Positions 13,185 to 25,813 are shown, numbered from the stretch's first letter. The stretch is DNA of 64,000 nt from Mobula birostris (GCF_030028105.1 NC_092391.1:44799223-44863222), one strand, 5' to 3'. The notes: generated by a model from the letters alone, not told the origin. Program-made: numbers and translations.

Positions 13185-15489
13185 CTGGAAAATAAAGTCA
13201 AACACAGCAGGTCACCACACACTTCTTCAGGAGGACTGACACTCACAGGATCAAACTTGGCCATACAGATTTGCTGGTTAGAGGTGCAGACATGTAACAG
13301 GGAGATAAACCAGTTGTCCCTCACAACACTCCAGAGCAGACTGCACGGGCAGGTACCACCTGGCCCCTGGCAACTTGTCTGCTCGGCAGAACGCAAGTCA
13401 AGTGCACAAACTTATTCCCTCCAGTACTGTGACAAATCCCACGTACGGGCAGCCATTCAGCCTATCATGCTTGAATTGTCAGTGCTTTGAAGAAGCTACC
13501 TTAAGCCCTATCCTTTCTTCAAAGCCCTGAAAGTTCCCCCTTCAAGGATTCATTAAATGCCATTGAATGGTGAGAGAAGATTCTATCATGCTCAATATGG
13601 AAATTCCCTGACACTCAGTTTGTATGATTGAGTGGAACATCAGCTCAAAGCAGTGAGAAAGTTTTCCCGGTCTTGTTGCAGAGAGACATGAGCTGCTTCA
13701 TTCACTGAGGAGTTGTCTTTGTGATGGAAGAGAAAGAAACGTAGCACAGCTGAAGATAGCTGTGTTTATGCCCTGAAGAACTTTGCACTGATGTTCTGAG
13801 GCTGCGATGGACAACCACCAGCCACAAACATCTTCCTTGTAAAGATGGAACAGTCAGCCCACCATGCCTGTGCCGATCAAGCTAACCTAACTAATCTCAT
13901 CTGCCTGCACGTAGTCTGCATCCTTCTATTGTCTGCCTGTTTATGTTTCAGTGCCTCTTATCAGCTTCTACCACCACTCCCGGCAGGACATTCCAGGCAC
14001 ATAGCACTATCTTCAAAATCTTCCCTTACACATCTCTGATGTTCAATCTATGCCCTCTCGTGTTTGACATTTCCACCCTGGGGAAAAGACTCAGCTTTTC
14101 CACACAATCCATTCCTCTCAATTTCATGCACCTTTTGTACCTGTACTGTCACCTTCAGGGATCCTTGTACATGTTTATCAAGATCCCTCTGTTCCCTCGT
14201 GAATCCCTAGGGCCCTGCTATTTATTGCATGTATCCTTCCCTTCTCCATCCTCCCAAGATGCTTCACTTCACACTTATCACGATTAAACTCCACTTGCCA
14301 TCTCTCAGCCCGTTTCACCCACTGATCTCATCTTGTAGCCTATCCTCCTATTGACAATGGCCACCAATTTATGTGGCTCTTAAACATATTTCAAAAATTC
14401 TTCCCCCTCTGTTCCCTTTATTCTAACACCTTCCCAATGGATATTCAGCTAACTGAAACCCTCCCTGTCACTACCTACAAATCACTGAAACGTCCCTGCA
14501 CAATTGTCCCCCAGCTCCCTTTCCCTCCCCGGAGTCCGACAGACTGCCTCAGTGCACGGTGAGATCTTCTGCCCCACAGCCCCAGCCAGTAGATTCTCCC
14601 CTTGGCCCCTCAAGGATCCCTCCCTTCCCTAGTTGTCAGGGGCACCCCACCTTCTCATTTTTATTGGAGATATTAAGCATCTGAATCTGACCATTTTAAA
14701 GCCGTGTTGTGACAACAGAGTGTTCCCACGTGTGTCTGTAGCTCACCAACCTGCTTCACTATTCTTTTACAGCCATTAGGAGTCGGTGTATCCTGCAGTC
14801 CGTGCAGGATTGCTTCTATTGGACATGGATCTCCTCCAACAACTCCCACTCCCCTGTGCACCTTAATCCTCTTTTCCTTTCCCACTGCCGACCCTCTCCA
14901 AACACGAGTGAGCCTTCCCAGTTCACTGTGGAAGAGTTGGACTCCCAAACTTTAATAGCAGCACTGTCCTTAAACTGAGATTCTTTCTCCACACAGTGTG
15001 AGGCACAGCTCCAACGACTGGAACATTTCCCCTAGTGCTTGTTGACATTAGTTTTTACCAGGGCTCCTCAGTGTCACATCTGGTCAAATGCTGTCTTAGT
15101 GTCACACTCACTTCTGGAATTCAGCTGTTCATTCCGTGTATAGACCCAGGGTGTAATGAACCTGGATTTGAATGGTCTTGGCAAACTCAAACTGAGCGTG
15201 GGTAAGTGCTACTTGATTAAGAAAAGAGAATTATGTAGGAATAAGTGATTCAGTCTTTGATCCTGATTTGCAATTCATTAAGATCAAAGCTGATCTTCTG
15301 ATTCAGTACCATTTCCCAACAGTTTCCACATATCCTGAATTATTGATCCCACACGATTCACCCCCCTCACACCACCAATTTTGCACTGTTTTCTGGGTCT
15401 TTCAGTCTCTTGTCACACTGACACTCTTCCCCCACTCCCTCTCTCTCTAGTATTTGTAATTCTCAAATTCACTGGCACCATCTGTGGAT

Positions 15490-16660
15490 TATAGTACAGG
15501 AACTGGCCTTTCGGTCCACAATGCTGTGCCGAACCAATTAAATTAGCAATCCAGTGATAACTAAATTAATCTCTACATGACATCCATATCCTTCTATTTT
15601 CCACAAAAACCTCTTAAATACCCCTAATGTTTCAGCCTCTATCACCACCCCAGACAATGCATTCCAGGCACCCACCATACTCTGCATAAAAAACTTGTTC
15701 CTCACATCTCATAAGACCATAAGACACGGGAGCAGAATCAGGCCATTCAGCCCATTGAGTCTATTCCACCATTCCATCATGGTTGATCCCAGATCCCATT
15801 TAACCCCATACACCTGCCTTCTCACCATATCCTTTGATGCCCTGACCCATCAGGAAATGATCAACTTCTGCCTTAAATGTAGCGATGGACTTGGTCTCCA
15901 CTGCAGTCTGTGGCACAGCATTCCACAGATTCATTACTCTCTGGCTAAAAAAATTCCTTCCTACCTCTGTTCTAAAATCCTGCAATTTTGAGGCCATGCC
16001 CTCTATTTCTGGATACCCCCACCATAGGAAACATTCTCTCCACATCCACCCTATCTAGTCCTTTCAACATTCGGTAGTTTTCAATGAGATTCCCATGCAT
16101 TCTTCTAAATTCCAGGGGAATCTCAATTGAAATCACCCCCTTTCACCTTAAATTCATGCCCTCTGGAATTGAACATTTCAACCCTGGGAGAAAGATATTG
16201 TCTACACTATCTATACTTTTCGTAATCTTATAAACTTCTATCATTATTCCTAGATCCCTCTGTTCTACTGCATTTTTCAATGCCCTACCATTTACCGTGT
16301 ATGTCCTATTTTGATTAGTCCTACCAAAATGTAGCACCTCACATTTATCAGCATTAAACTCCATCTGCCATCTTTCAACCCACTCTTCTCACTGGCATAA
16401 ATCTCTCTGCAAGCTGTAAAAACCTACTTCATTATCCACAACTCCACCTATCTTAGTATCATCTGCATACTTACTAATCCAATTTACCACCCCATCATCC
16501 AGATCATTATTGTATATGACAAACAACATTGGACCCAGTACAGATCCCTGAGGCACACCACTAGTCACCGGCCTCCAATCTGACAAACAGTTATCCACCA
16601 CCACTCTCTGGCGTCTCCCATCCAGCCACTGCTGAATCCATTTTACTACTTCATTTTACT
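15490..16660 (-). mobile_element. Cluster of nested or adjacent CR1 LINE fragments
   Basis: ORFs with VTSGVPQGSVLGP..YADDTKIGG, MEFNADKCEVLHFGR and RNFFSQRVMNLWN; several CR1 3' tails. Confidence 0.85.
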
Positions 16661-16754
16661 ATTTAAATGTAATACAATCAGGCACTTACTTCAAATTAAA
16701 ATTTGGAGGAAGTGCCCAAAGTTACTTAAAATTTTCACCCTTTCTTTTCACAAG

Positions 16755-17010
16755 GGGGCAGCACAGTGGCACAACTAGCAGACCTGTTACTTCACAGTTT
16801 CAGATTCAATCCTTACCTTGGCTGCTCCCAAATATCTGTGGGAGGAAATCCATGTGGTCACAACAAAAACTTCAAGCTCCACAGTGATGTGTGACAACAT
16901 GGCTCAGTTGCTAGTTCTTGCTGTGACCACATGGGTCTCCACCCACAGACATTTTGGCTGGTTGGCTAATTGATCGTTGTAAATTGTCTATCTGTAGCGA
17001 GTAGTAGAAT
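16755..17010 (+). mobile_element. HE1-like SINE carrying an internal inverted duplication
   Basis: ggggcagcacagtggcac...agattcaatcc head and gtaaattgtc tail, with 42-bp inverted arms inside. Confidence 0.6.
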
Positions 17011-17091
17011 TAATTTTTTTTTAAATTGACATACAGCACGGAATAGTCTTCGAGCAGGATGCCCAGCAATCCTTGATTTAACTCCAGCCTA

Positions 17092-17772
17092 CCGGCAGAT
17101 GATGGCGGCGCGACGCCAGTGCACGCGGCCTCTCCAGTGATGAATATCTGTTATCTGTCAAGTAGGGGACAGTGCACAATCCTGATTTGATAGAGACAAA
17201 TGTGAGTGCACAGTGGAACATCTGGAAAACTTCTGAAATGTCTGCTTTGCTACCACTACTACTGGGTGGTAACCGGAATCTTTGGAGCTGAAGGCCTCGA
17301 AATTCCTCGGCTTTGTGTGTTTCAGCGAGGGAGAGGTCAAAGGGGCTCGGCAGAGGATGGTGCTCAGGAGGCTGTATCAGAGAGTCTGCTCGGAAGCTCG
17401 GAGTTTTCGGACGGATGGACTCAGGGTCGGCTGTGGTCCGCTGCTTCCAAGGTATTGGCAAGTTGACGGTGCCTGGAGGTTTATGGCAGGGAGTTTCTCC
17501 CTTTCGCCTCCGCTATCGGGGACTCGGGAGTCGATCGACTCAGGGACTTTGAGACTTTTTTTTTACTGTGCCTATGGACTGTTCTTCATCAAATTATGGT
17601 ATTGCTTTGCACTACTGCAACCATATGTTATAATTATGTGATTTTGTCAGTGTTAGTCTTTGGTCTGTCTTGTTTTCTGTGATATCACGCCGGAGAAACA
17701 TTGTATCATTTCTTAATGCATGTATGCATTTCTAAATGACAATAAAAGAGGACTGAGTGTTCTCATAATCTA
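17092..17772 (+). mobile_element. Young, approximately 680-bp non-coding retroposon inserted into a minus-strand HE1-like SINE
   Basis: The host SINE is split at cagccta|atcccaggacaat. The insert starts near GATGGCGGCG, is CpG-rich, and ends atgacaataaa...ataatctaatc. Confidence 0.65.
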
Positions 17773-19222
17773 ATCCCAGGACAATTTACAATGACCATTT
17801 AACCTACCAACTGGTACGCCTTTGGACTGTGGGAGGAAACCAGAACACCCGGAGGAAACCCACTTGACCACCTGGAGAACGTATAAACTCCTTACAGGCA
17901 GTGGCAGGAATTGAACCCCTGTCACCTGTACTGTGAAGTGCTGTGCTAACCTTTACTCTACTGTGCCACCCGATTTGGGGAGAGGGTGGCTGATGGGAAT
18001 GTAGTAATTTTTAATAATTAGGATTTATGTAGGAATAATGTAAATGGGTGCTTGATGGTCAACACAGCCAGTGAGCCAAAAGGTCCATTTGCATGATGTC
18101 TCTCTCTATGACTATCAAGCTGGGTGGCTTTTAAGACAATCCAGAAAAGACCCCTTCCATATCATTTGTCTTGTCCAATATCTTTACAGCTACACTGCGA
18201 TCTTTTTTCCAATAAAATATTGCCAAAATATTTTTGTATGTGCCTGCTGAACATACAAGTTGAGGATATGCAGAGGTTGAAGTTCTGAAGCATTAGTGGC
18301 CGCTGCTCACACTGCAGGGAGCTCTGAGACTGACAGCCGTGTGACGTGATCGCAGCACAGTCTGCGTGTCAGACAAGCCAAACCTGACAGACAAATTTTT
18401 AGAAGTTTGAGGTAACAAGGAACACACAAGGTGGGATGTACTCTAGATGAATCTTAGTCAGTCTTAGAAAACTCTAGGAGGCAGATTGTACAGAAAAATA
18501 AAAGCCCACAGGAGCCATAGGTCCAAAATTTGCCGAGTGGCCAGCAGCAAAGGATGAATTGATAGGAGTTTTACAGAGCTCAGTGATGCTTTCATGATGT
18601 ACATGAACAACAATGCTCATTGTTACACAGAAACCTGTCTCCACTGGTCCTGTACCCATGTTATACAGACAGACCCATCTCTGTCAGTACTGTACATGTG
18701 TTATACAGACATACAATCCTGTGCTAAAGTCTTTGATGTATATTTAGCTAGGGTGCCCAAGACTTTTGCACTGTACTGCTGCTTCAAAAAACAAATTTCA
18801 TGACATATGTGAGTGATGATAAATCTGATTCTGATATTGGTCTCTGTTGTGGACTGAGAATAATCAATAAACCAATTGTTTGTAATCAAGTGACCTTGCA
18901 TGGTGTATCAGGGCTGGGTGTGTCTGTGCACAAGCCACCCCCTGCCCCTAGCACTCCTTCTCTGCCACTTGTCTCAGTGTCTGCGCAGGTACAGGGTTCT
19001 GAGTTGAATGATCAGCCATGATCGTACTGAATGGCGGTGCAGGCTCGCAGGGCTGAATGGCCTAGGCCTGCACCTATTTTCTATGTTTCTATGCCACCCC
19101 CTGCCCCTGGCACTCCTTCTCTGCCACTTGTCTCACACCCCTCCTGTGGTACTCCACCCTCACCATCCTCGACACCCTACATTCCCACCAGATTTACAAA
19201 CTCGCTGTCTGCTCCACAAATA

Positions 19223-19288
19223 CAGTACTGAGCAAAAGTCTTAGGCACCCTAGCTATACATATATGCCTAAGGCCTTTGCACAGTACT
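19223..19288. mobile_element. Approximately 65-bp palindromic Tc1-like mini-MITE; inverted sister copy at about 18714-18778
   Basis: ta|CAGTACTGAGCAAAAGTCTTAGGCA...TGCCTAAGGCCTTTGCACAGTACT. Confidence 0.6.
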
Positions 19289-19550
19289 TCGACATACCTG
19301 TCCCCACCAATACTGTACCCCAGTTGTTAAACAAAGATTGCCCATTCCACACCAGTACTGTACCCATGTTATAGGCAGTCCTGTCTCCATCAGTACGGTA
19401 CCCACAAAGACTGACCTGCCCCCAGAACTGCAGGTGTGTTATACCGGGAGAGACTCCTGGGACTGGTCAATGATTAAGAAATATTCACAAGCTCAGTGCT
19501 GCCTGCACTTCACAATGCTGCTGATGAAAATTGCAAGTTTCTTAACCTAC

Positions 19551-19617
19551 CTCCCCTTCATAAGAGATAAGTGGTGAGATCTCACACACGACGGGGGGAT
19601 CCTCTGTTTCCTGCAGC
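19551..19617 (-). CDS. UAP1L1: UAP1L1 coding exon 8 (67 nt): (Q)LQETEDPPVVCEISPLISYEGE
   Basis: ttctctgcag|G...GAG|gtaggt, phase 2 to 0. Conserved CEISPLxSYxGE motif. Not in the ORF track. Confidence 0.93.
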
Positions 19618-20372
19618 CTGCAGAGAACACAAGATTTTCAGCAAGAAAGCCCTTCTGGGTTGAGACACGCCTCAGTTTCTCGCTGGCCTCAGATTTCCTC
19701 TCTCATTTGGTTCTGGTGACCCCTGCGCCCATTCAACACCGGAGGAGACTTTTAAAATCAATCTGCTAAAGCCAGATTGGGGGTCACGGGGCTCAGGGAT
19801 GGATCTGAACAAAGCTAGTACTCGATGCTGTGGAACAGGGAACATTCCAGCTCCCTTCCTCTGTCAACCACCTAAATCTCTGACCGTTGCAGGTTGTTGC
19901 TTCTCCCCGATCTGGCTGTGGCTCAGACGTGTTTGCTGCTCAGCTGCTGGGCAGAGGCAGCAACTATAGACTGGCTGCATCCACAAACTGACCTCGGACA
20001 GATTCACCACTGGTCTGGCCCACCTGCCACACGCTCCCACAACACATCCAGCAAGGAGCTGGATTCGCAGCTACCCTCCTGGAGAGTTACGATCGGAGCA
20101 GAACAGGTTCGAACTAGTACCTTTAGTTTTCAGCTTCATTCTAAAATAGAACCATGAACAAGAAGAGAAAATGGTTTTATAATTTCTCATCCCACCCTGG
20201 CCAGATGTTGCTGCCATCTCTGCCCACCCATCCGAGTCTAGCCTAGATTGCTGGGCCCAGATCCCAACTTCTTGCTCAAACCCAGCCGATTCCTTGACCT
20301 AGACCCGGCCTCCTCCCCAAGACAACCTGGAGCTACCGAGCCCAAGAGACAGGAGAAAGTTCAACAACTTAC

Positions 20373-20561
20373 TGGCTGAGAACAGGCACACGGTTGTTCT
20401 TGTCGTCGAGGAAGTGAGCGCCAGCTTGCACGGCCCAGCGATAGTGCTGCCACAGCAGAGCACGCCGGGCAGTAGAGGGCATGTCTTTGCCACCAGTGCT
20501 CTCCGCGTTCTTCAGAGGGGAGAACTCATCCTCCCTCAGCACCTCAAACACAGCAAAATTC
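20373..20561 (-). CDS. UAP1L1: UAP1L1 coding exon 7 (189 nt): [19 protein letters not shown]...VPVLS
   Basis: cctgctcag|G...CA|gtaagt. Contains the conserved [10 protein letters not shown] motif. Confidence 0.95.
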
Positions 20562-20582
20562 CTGAGCAGGAACAGAACCAGA

Positions 20583-21261
20583 NNNNNNNNNNNNNNNNNN
20601 NNNNNNNNNNNNNNNNNNNNNNNNNNNNNNNNNNNNNNNNNNNNNNNNNNNNNNNNNNNNNNNNNNNNNNNNNNNNNNNNNNNNNNNNNNNNNNNNNNNN
20701 NNNNNNNNNNNNNNNNNNNNNNNNNNNNNNNNNNNNNNNNNNNNNNNNNNNNNNNNNNNNNNNNNNNNNNNNNNNNNNNNNNNNNNNNNNNNNNNNNNNN
20801 NNNNNNNNNNNNNNNNNNNNNNNNNNNNNNNNNNNNNNNNNNNNNNNNNNNNNNNNNNNNNNNNNNNNNNNNNNNNNNNNNNNNNNNNNNNNNNNNNNNN
20901 NNNNNNNNNNNNNNNNNNNNNNNNNNNNNNNNNNNNNNNNNNNNNNNNNNNNNNNNNNNNNNNNNNNNNNNNNNNNNNNNNNNNNNNNNNNNNNNNNNNN
21001 NNNNNNNNNNNNNNNNNNNNNNNNNNNNNNNNNNNNNNNNNNNNNNNNNNNNNNNNNNNNNNNNNNNNNNNNNNNNNNNNNNNNNNNNNNNNNNNNNNNN
21101 NNNNNNNNNNNNNNNNNNNNNNNNNNNNNNNNNNNNNNNNNNNNNNNNNNNNNNNNNNNNNNNNNNNNNNNNNNNNNNNNNNNNNNNNNNNNNNNNNNNN
21201 NNNNNNNNNNNNNNNNNNNNNNNNNNNNNNNNNNNNNNNNNNNNNNNNNNNNNNNNNNNNN
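20583..21261. other. Assembly gap (679 N) in UAP1L1 intron 6
   Basis: Run of N beginning 21 nt from the exon 7 acceptor. Exon phases on either side remain compatible. Confidence 1.
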
Positions 21262-21282
21262 AGGGCAGGACTATGCAACTTA

Positions 21283-22191
21283 GTCTACGTCCACACTAGA
21301 CCGGATAAATCCATAACCGAAGCTTTTTCTCTTCGTTTTGACCCTCCATCCACACTGAAATGGCGTTTTCCTCCCCCGAAAATGGAGCTTTTCTAAAACA
21401 CTCTCCAGAGTGTGTAAATTTGAAAACGCTGATTGTGCAGAGCAGTGTGGACGGGGTAAACGGATACTTTTAAAAACGCCGTCATGACGTGCCGGAACAG
21501 ATGGCAGCAGTGCGGCATTTCATTGTTTTCTTGAACACAACCCCCCACACAACCTAATAATCTCAGAACAGACGGCAATGAGACTGAAGCCAGAAGAGTT
21601 AGAAATGTACTCACCAAATACTTTGACCCATAGCTTACCGAATAAATAAGTACACTCACTTTGCCCTGTTTCCTGTCCTTGCTTGTATGAAGGTGGTTTA
21701 CCTATTTATGCAAGTACTTATCTGACAACAGATGTGTAACAGCCTAATGTAACATTGTATGGAAATACAAGATAATGCTGATGCAGACGTTTTATACATT
21801 TAACAAGGTGCTTTATTAATGTAACAGAGTTAGTCAGTTTTTCAATGTTCGTCGTCAGCTGGGTCATACTGTCCGTGAACTTCCTGTCGGTTGCCTCCAT
21901 AGGCTCCAGTATTTGTTTTTTTTTAGTTTTAAGTCCTCCTGTGCGAGAGCCAAGAGCAATTCCTTTCAAGTTTTTCTAGTCTGTAACTAGACAAATGTGT
22001 ACCAAGTATACCGTTTCCTCTTCGCTTGTTTTCTGTAGATGTGTCCTGAGCATGCCCAGTAGGAGAAGATTCGCCCAAATATCTGTTCTAATGTGGGCGG
22101 AGATATTTTTAAGAGTGCCTGGTGTGGACGCCTGTCGTTTTTACGCAAAACCAGCGTTTTCAAAATTATCCAGTCTAGTGTGGACGTAGCC
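21283..22191. mobile_element. Non-autonomous PIF/Harbinger-like DNA transposon (909 bp)
   Basis: 26-bp TIRs G(T/G)CTACGTCCACACTAGAC(C/T)GGATAA, 24/26 identical. 3-bp flanks TTA and CTA. Confidence 0.8.
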
Positions 22192-23024
22192 CTACTGCAG
22201 CTATATAGTGGGGGACATCAGTTTACCCATAGTTTAGTTTAGACACAGAGGGCCAAAGTCTTTCCAGGTTTACTGAATCCAGTATTAATATAGTTGCCTC
22301 TACTGTCGAGAAAGTACATATATTGGGAGAGCCCCACATTCTGGGCACAAGTATGACCCTGAGCCTCCTGTTGCTTATTAATTTTCCATCACAATCTGAA
22401 CTTTCTGTTGCGGCCTGCTGCACAAGTACAAAGAGGCCGGAAGTTTGAGAGCAGCATCTCATCTTCAATCTGGGCACAGTGACAGCCTCCGTACTCAAGA
22501 CTGACTTCTGCAACTTCAGGAACCTCACTGGCTACTTTCACCCTTTTCCGGCCTTGGCTGAGTTTTCTCCTCTCCATTCGTACAGCCTGCATTCCACAAC
22601 ACTTCACTTCCCTTCCCTTTCTTTGTATTACCCTAACTGCCCCGCTAATCACTGCTACTCCAGCCACAGCCCATTACAGACATTCCCTTTGGTTCTCCAT
22701 CCTCTTCATCGCTCCTGTACTTTCTCTGCAACCTAAAGCCAACTTTTTCAAATTTCCAGCACCTGTCAATTTCCCCCCGCCCCCCCCCCCGATTTCCACT
22801 GTCTGTTTATAAATCACAATACCCCCTCCACCTCTGTGGTCTGTTCTTTGATGTTCCTAACCAGTTGCCTGCTCTTTGGGATATTCTATTACCCAGGGAC
22901 CCAACCAGCTACAGCAGGAGGAGGAACTGGATTGCCACAGATCTGACTGTACCGTGAGTACGGCTGCAGAAGGGCAGGACAAAGCAGCTGCTGAGGTTTG
23001 ACCAGATCCTCCCACACAACTTAC

Positions 23025-23165
23025 TTGGAAAACTGGAAAACATCAAAGACAAACTTCTCCATTTTAATGCCATTGGGCTTCTCTGGTTTCACGTAGTTGC
23101 CCTCCTCATCAACATAGGGAATCTTCTTCCTAGCCACGTGAAGCTTCAGTTTTGGTTCGTACTCT
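23025..23165 (-). CDS. UAP1L1: UAP1L1 coding exon 6 (141 nt): [19 protein letters not shown]...[15 protein letters not shown]
   Basis: ccctgcag|A...AA|gtaagt. Conserved KKIPY and [10 protein letters not shown] motifs. Confidence 0.96.
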
Positions 23166-23419
23166 CTGCAGGGAGTAACAGGAGAACATAACGAAGTTAA
23201 TGCAGAATAGGAGGCAGAAAGGAAGGAGGAAATTAAAATCAAACTCAGAAGTCCGTGGATTGACAACCCCCAGGACTCTGGTCCCAAGGATTCTAAGTGA
23301 TTATCATCTTCTAAAAGTTCCTGGATTCTATAAATCCAACAAATTAGAAAACTATAAATGTAACAGTACTTATCAGGCAAAGAGGGACGAAAACAGCGAA
23401 AGCGCTGGAATGTATCCTT

Positions 23420-23745
23420 AAGAAACTGCCCATCACGTCCCCACATCCTCTCCTCCTTCCCTTTCTCCTACAGTCCACTCTCCTCTCCTATCAGATTCCT
23501 TCTTCTCTAGCCCTTTACCATTCCTACCCACCTGGCTTCACCCATCACCTTTCAGCAAGCCCCTCAACCATCTTTTTATTCTGGCGTCATCTTCCTTCCT
23601 TCTCAGACCTGAAGAAGGGTCTTGGCCAAAAGCATCAACTGTTATTTTCATTTCCACAGACTCTGCCTGACCTGCTGAGTTACTCCAGCATTTTGTGTGT
23701 ATTGCTTTGGATTTCCAGGACCTGTAGACATTCTCATGTTCATGA
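23420..23745 (+). mobile_element. Penelope-like 3'/pLTR fragment
   Basis: Near-identical layout to 30380-30657 (cctatcagattccttc...gaagaagggtct...ccagcattttgtgtg). Confidence 0.7.
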
Positions 23746-23859
23746 TAGGACAATAAAGTTAGTATGGCTTCATGAGAGAGAAATCAGGTTGGACAAATTT
23801 CTTTCAGTTGCCCATGAGGTAACTTTTGGTTGTATTTGGATTTCCAAAGGACGTTCATG

Positions 23860-25440
23860 GAGATAGCATAGGAATGGGCCCCTCTGGCCCATCTTATCCA
23901 TGTTGACCATGGTGCCAGTTCACACTAACCCCAGTTGCTTACATTAGGCCCATCTCCCTCTCTACATTCCTATCTGAGCACAGTGGATTCTGGTTAATTG
24001 GGACCAGTACATTTTGGCCCAACTAAGCAGCTGCTCCAATTAGCCAAAGTTTCATGGAAATAGTTAAAAAAGACAAACTACATTTAACTGAGTAAAAGAT
24101 TATGTACTTAAATGAAATTCAGAACAAATTAGAACACTACCAATATTACTCCAGTACTATAGAACTGTATGTTCCTAATAGTTATGGGAGGAACTCATAC
24201 AGTGTACGCTGCCGTGTTCTTTTGATTGACTGTAACTGAACAAAATCAGCGCAGACACCTAGTGCAGATAAGTCCTGATGAAGGGCCAACTGTTTACTCT
24301 TTTCCATCGATGCTGCCTGGCCTGCTGACTTCCTCCAGCATTTTGTGAGTGTTGCTTCAGATAATGGACTGCTTTATTTGCCTTTCTGCATGAAGTAGCG
24401 TCATGTCACTGTTTTTTATTCAGCGTCCGATGGCTGAAATGAATAACAGAACACAAGCACACACACTGACGCTATTTAAAAGCACCTTGCTTTAAGCATG
24501 GCGTAGTGTCTAACGGCTACACAAGTGCACGTGAATAACGCTAACTGTGAATTGTTCCGCAGCAATCTCCTGTCCCACTTCAACAGCATGCTGTCCCAAA
24601 CAAACAAAGGAAATCCAAGCTACTTTCTCCATTAGTTCTTGTTCTTTAAGAGTTAGTCCAGAAAGGTGGCAGCCCCAATTAAGCAATGGCCCAACGAACC
24701 GGAGTCCACTCTACCCGTCAAGATGCATTTTAAACATTGAGATAGAATCTGCCTCCATCATATCCTCTGGCAACCCATCCCGGATATTCACCAGCCTTTG
24801 TGAAAAACCTGCCCGTCAGAACTCCTTTCCATTTCTCCCCCCTCACATTGAACTTAATGATTCCCCTAACATAGGAAAAAGATTTTCTATCCTATCCATG
24901 TCCCTCATTATTTTATGAACCTCTATAACACTACCTTTAAGCCTCTTACATTCCTTTGAGAATGTCCCCAGCTTTTCGAATCCCCCTTATAAACAAATCC
25001 CTTCATTCCAGGCAACATCCTGGTGAATCTCCTCTGCATTCCCTGTTGCTACGACGTCCCTCCTGTAGCACGGACTACAGAGCTGTACACAATAGAGCAC
25101 GTACGGAATAACTAATCTTCTGCAGAACTCCAATATGACATCCAACTCTCATATTCAATGCCTCTGCCTATGAAGGGAAACACATCAAGTGCCTTTTGCA
25201 CCACCCTATCCACTTCAGTTGCCACTTTTAAGGAGCTAAGGTGCACTTCAAGATCCCTCTGTACATCAACATTCCTAATGTCCTGCCAGAACTTGATGTC
25301 CCAAAGTGCAGCACCTCACACTTGTCTGGATTAAATTCCATCTGTCACCTTCTGCCCAACTTCCTGCAGATCTACATCCCTCCATACCCCTTCACAACCC
25401 TCTTTGCTATCTATGACTCCAACAAATTTTGTGTCATTCA
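23860..25440 (-). mobile_element. CR1 LINE 3' portion interrupted by a MITE
   Basis: Minus-strand CR1 tail sequence on both sides of 23981-24711 (ccaggcaacatcctggtgaatctcctctgca; tcacacttgtctggattaaattccatctg). Confidence 0.7.
23981..24711. mobile_element. Tc1/mariner-pogo-type MITE
   Basis: Imperfect TIRs CAGTGGATTCTGGTTAATTGGG / CCCAACGAACCGGAGTCCACTC, with CA/TA flanks (decayed TA TSD). Confidence 0.65.
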
Positions 25441-25584
25441 GACCCCCAACTTATTTCTATATAGTACAAACGACAGCGGTTTCAAAGTTCAAGGTACATT
25501 TATTACCGAAGTATATACAATATACGACATACAACCTTGAGATTTGTCTCCCCACAGGTGGTCACTAAACAAAGACACCCAGTA

Positions 25585-25813
25585 GGGAAGGGAAACGTCG
25601 ACTCAGACCATGAGAGGCCAGCGTCTGGCATTTTCATGCCTTACAAGGCGCAGATTGGAAGTTTGTGTGGGGTGCCACTCCTCGCACAGACACAAGAACA
25701 ATGTTTGGTAAGTGCCTTGCTCAAGGACACAAACACGCTGCCACAGCTGAGGCTCGAACTAGCGACCTTCAGATCACCAGACGAACGCCTTTAACCACTT
25801 GGCCACGTGCCCC
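25585..25813 (-). mobile_element. tRNA-headed CORE-type SINE, inserted in a larger minus-strand retroposon (about 25480-26545)
   Basis: Reverse complement of the 44440-44682 copy, with A/B boxes and a gtgtccttgagcaaggcactta CORE-like block. Confidence 0.75.

Noticed and set aside
17137-17237. Box C (GTGATGA) and CTGA motifs suggesting an intronic C/D snoRNA
   Set aside because: Antisense to the host gene, inside a retroposon, with no terminal stem adjacent to box D and no recognisable rRNA guide.
20414-21299. 244-289-aa ORFs
   Set aside because: Artefacts of translating through the N gap.
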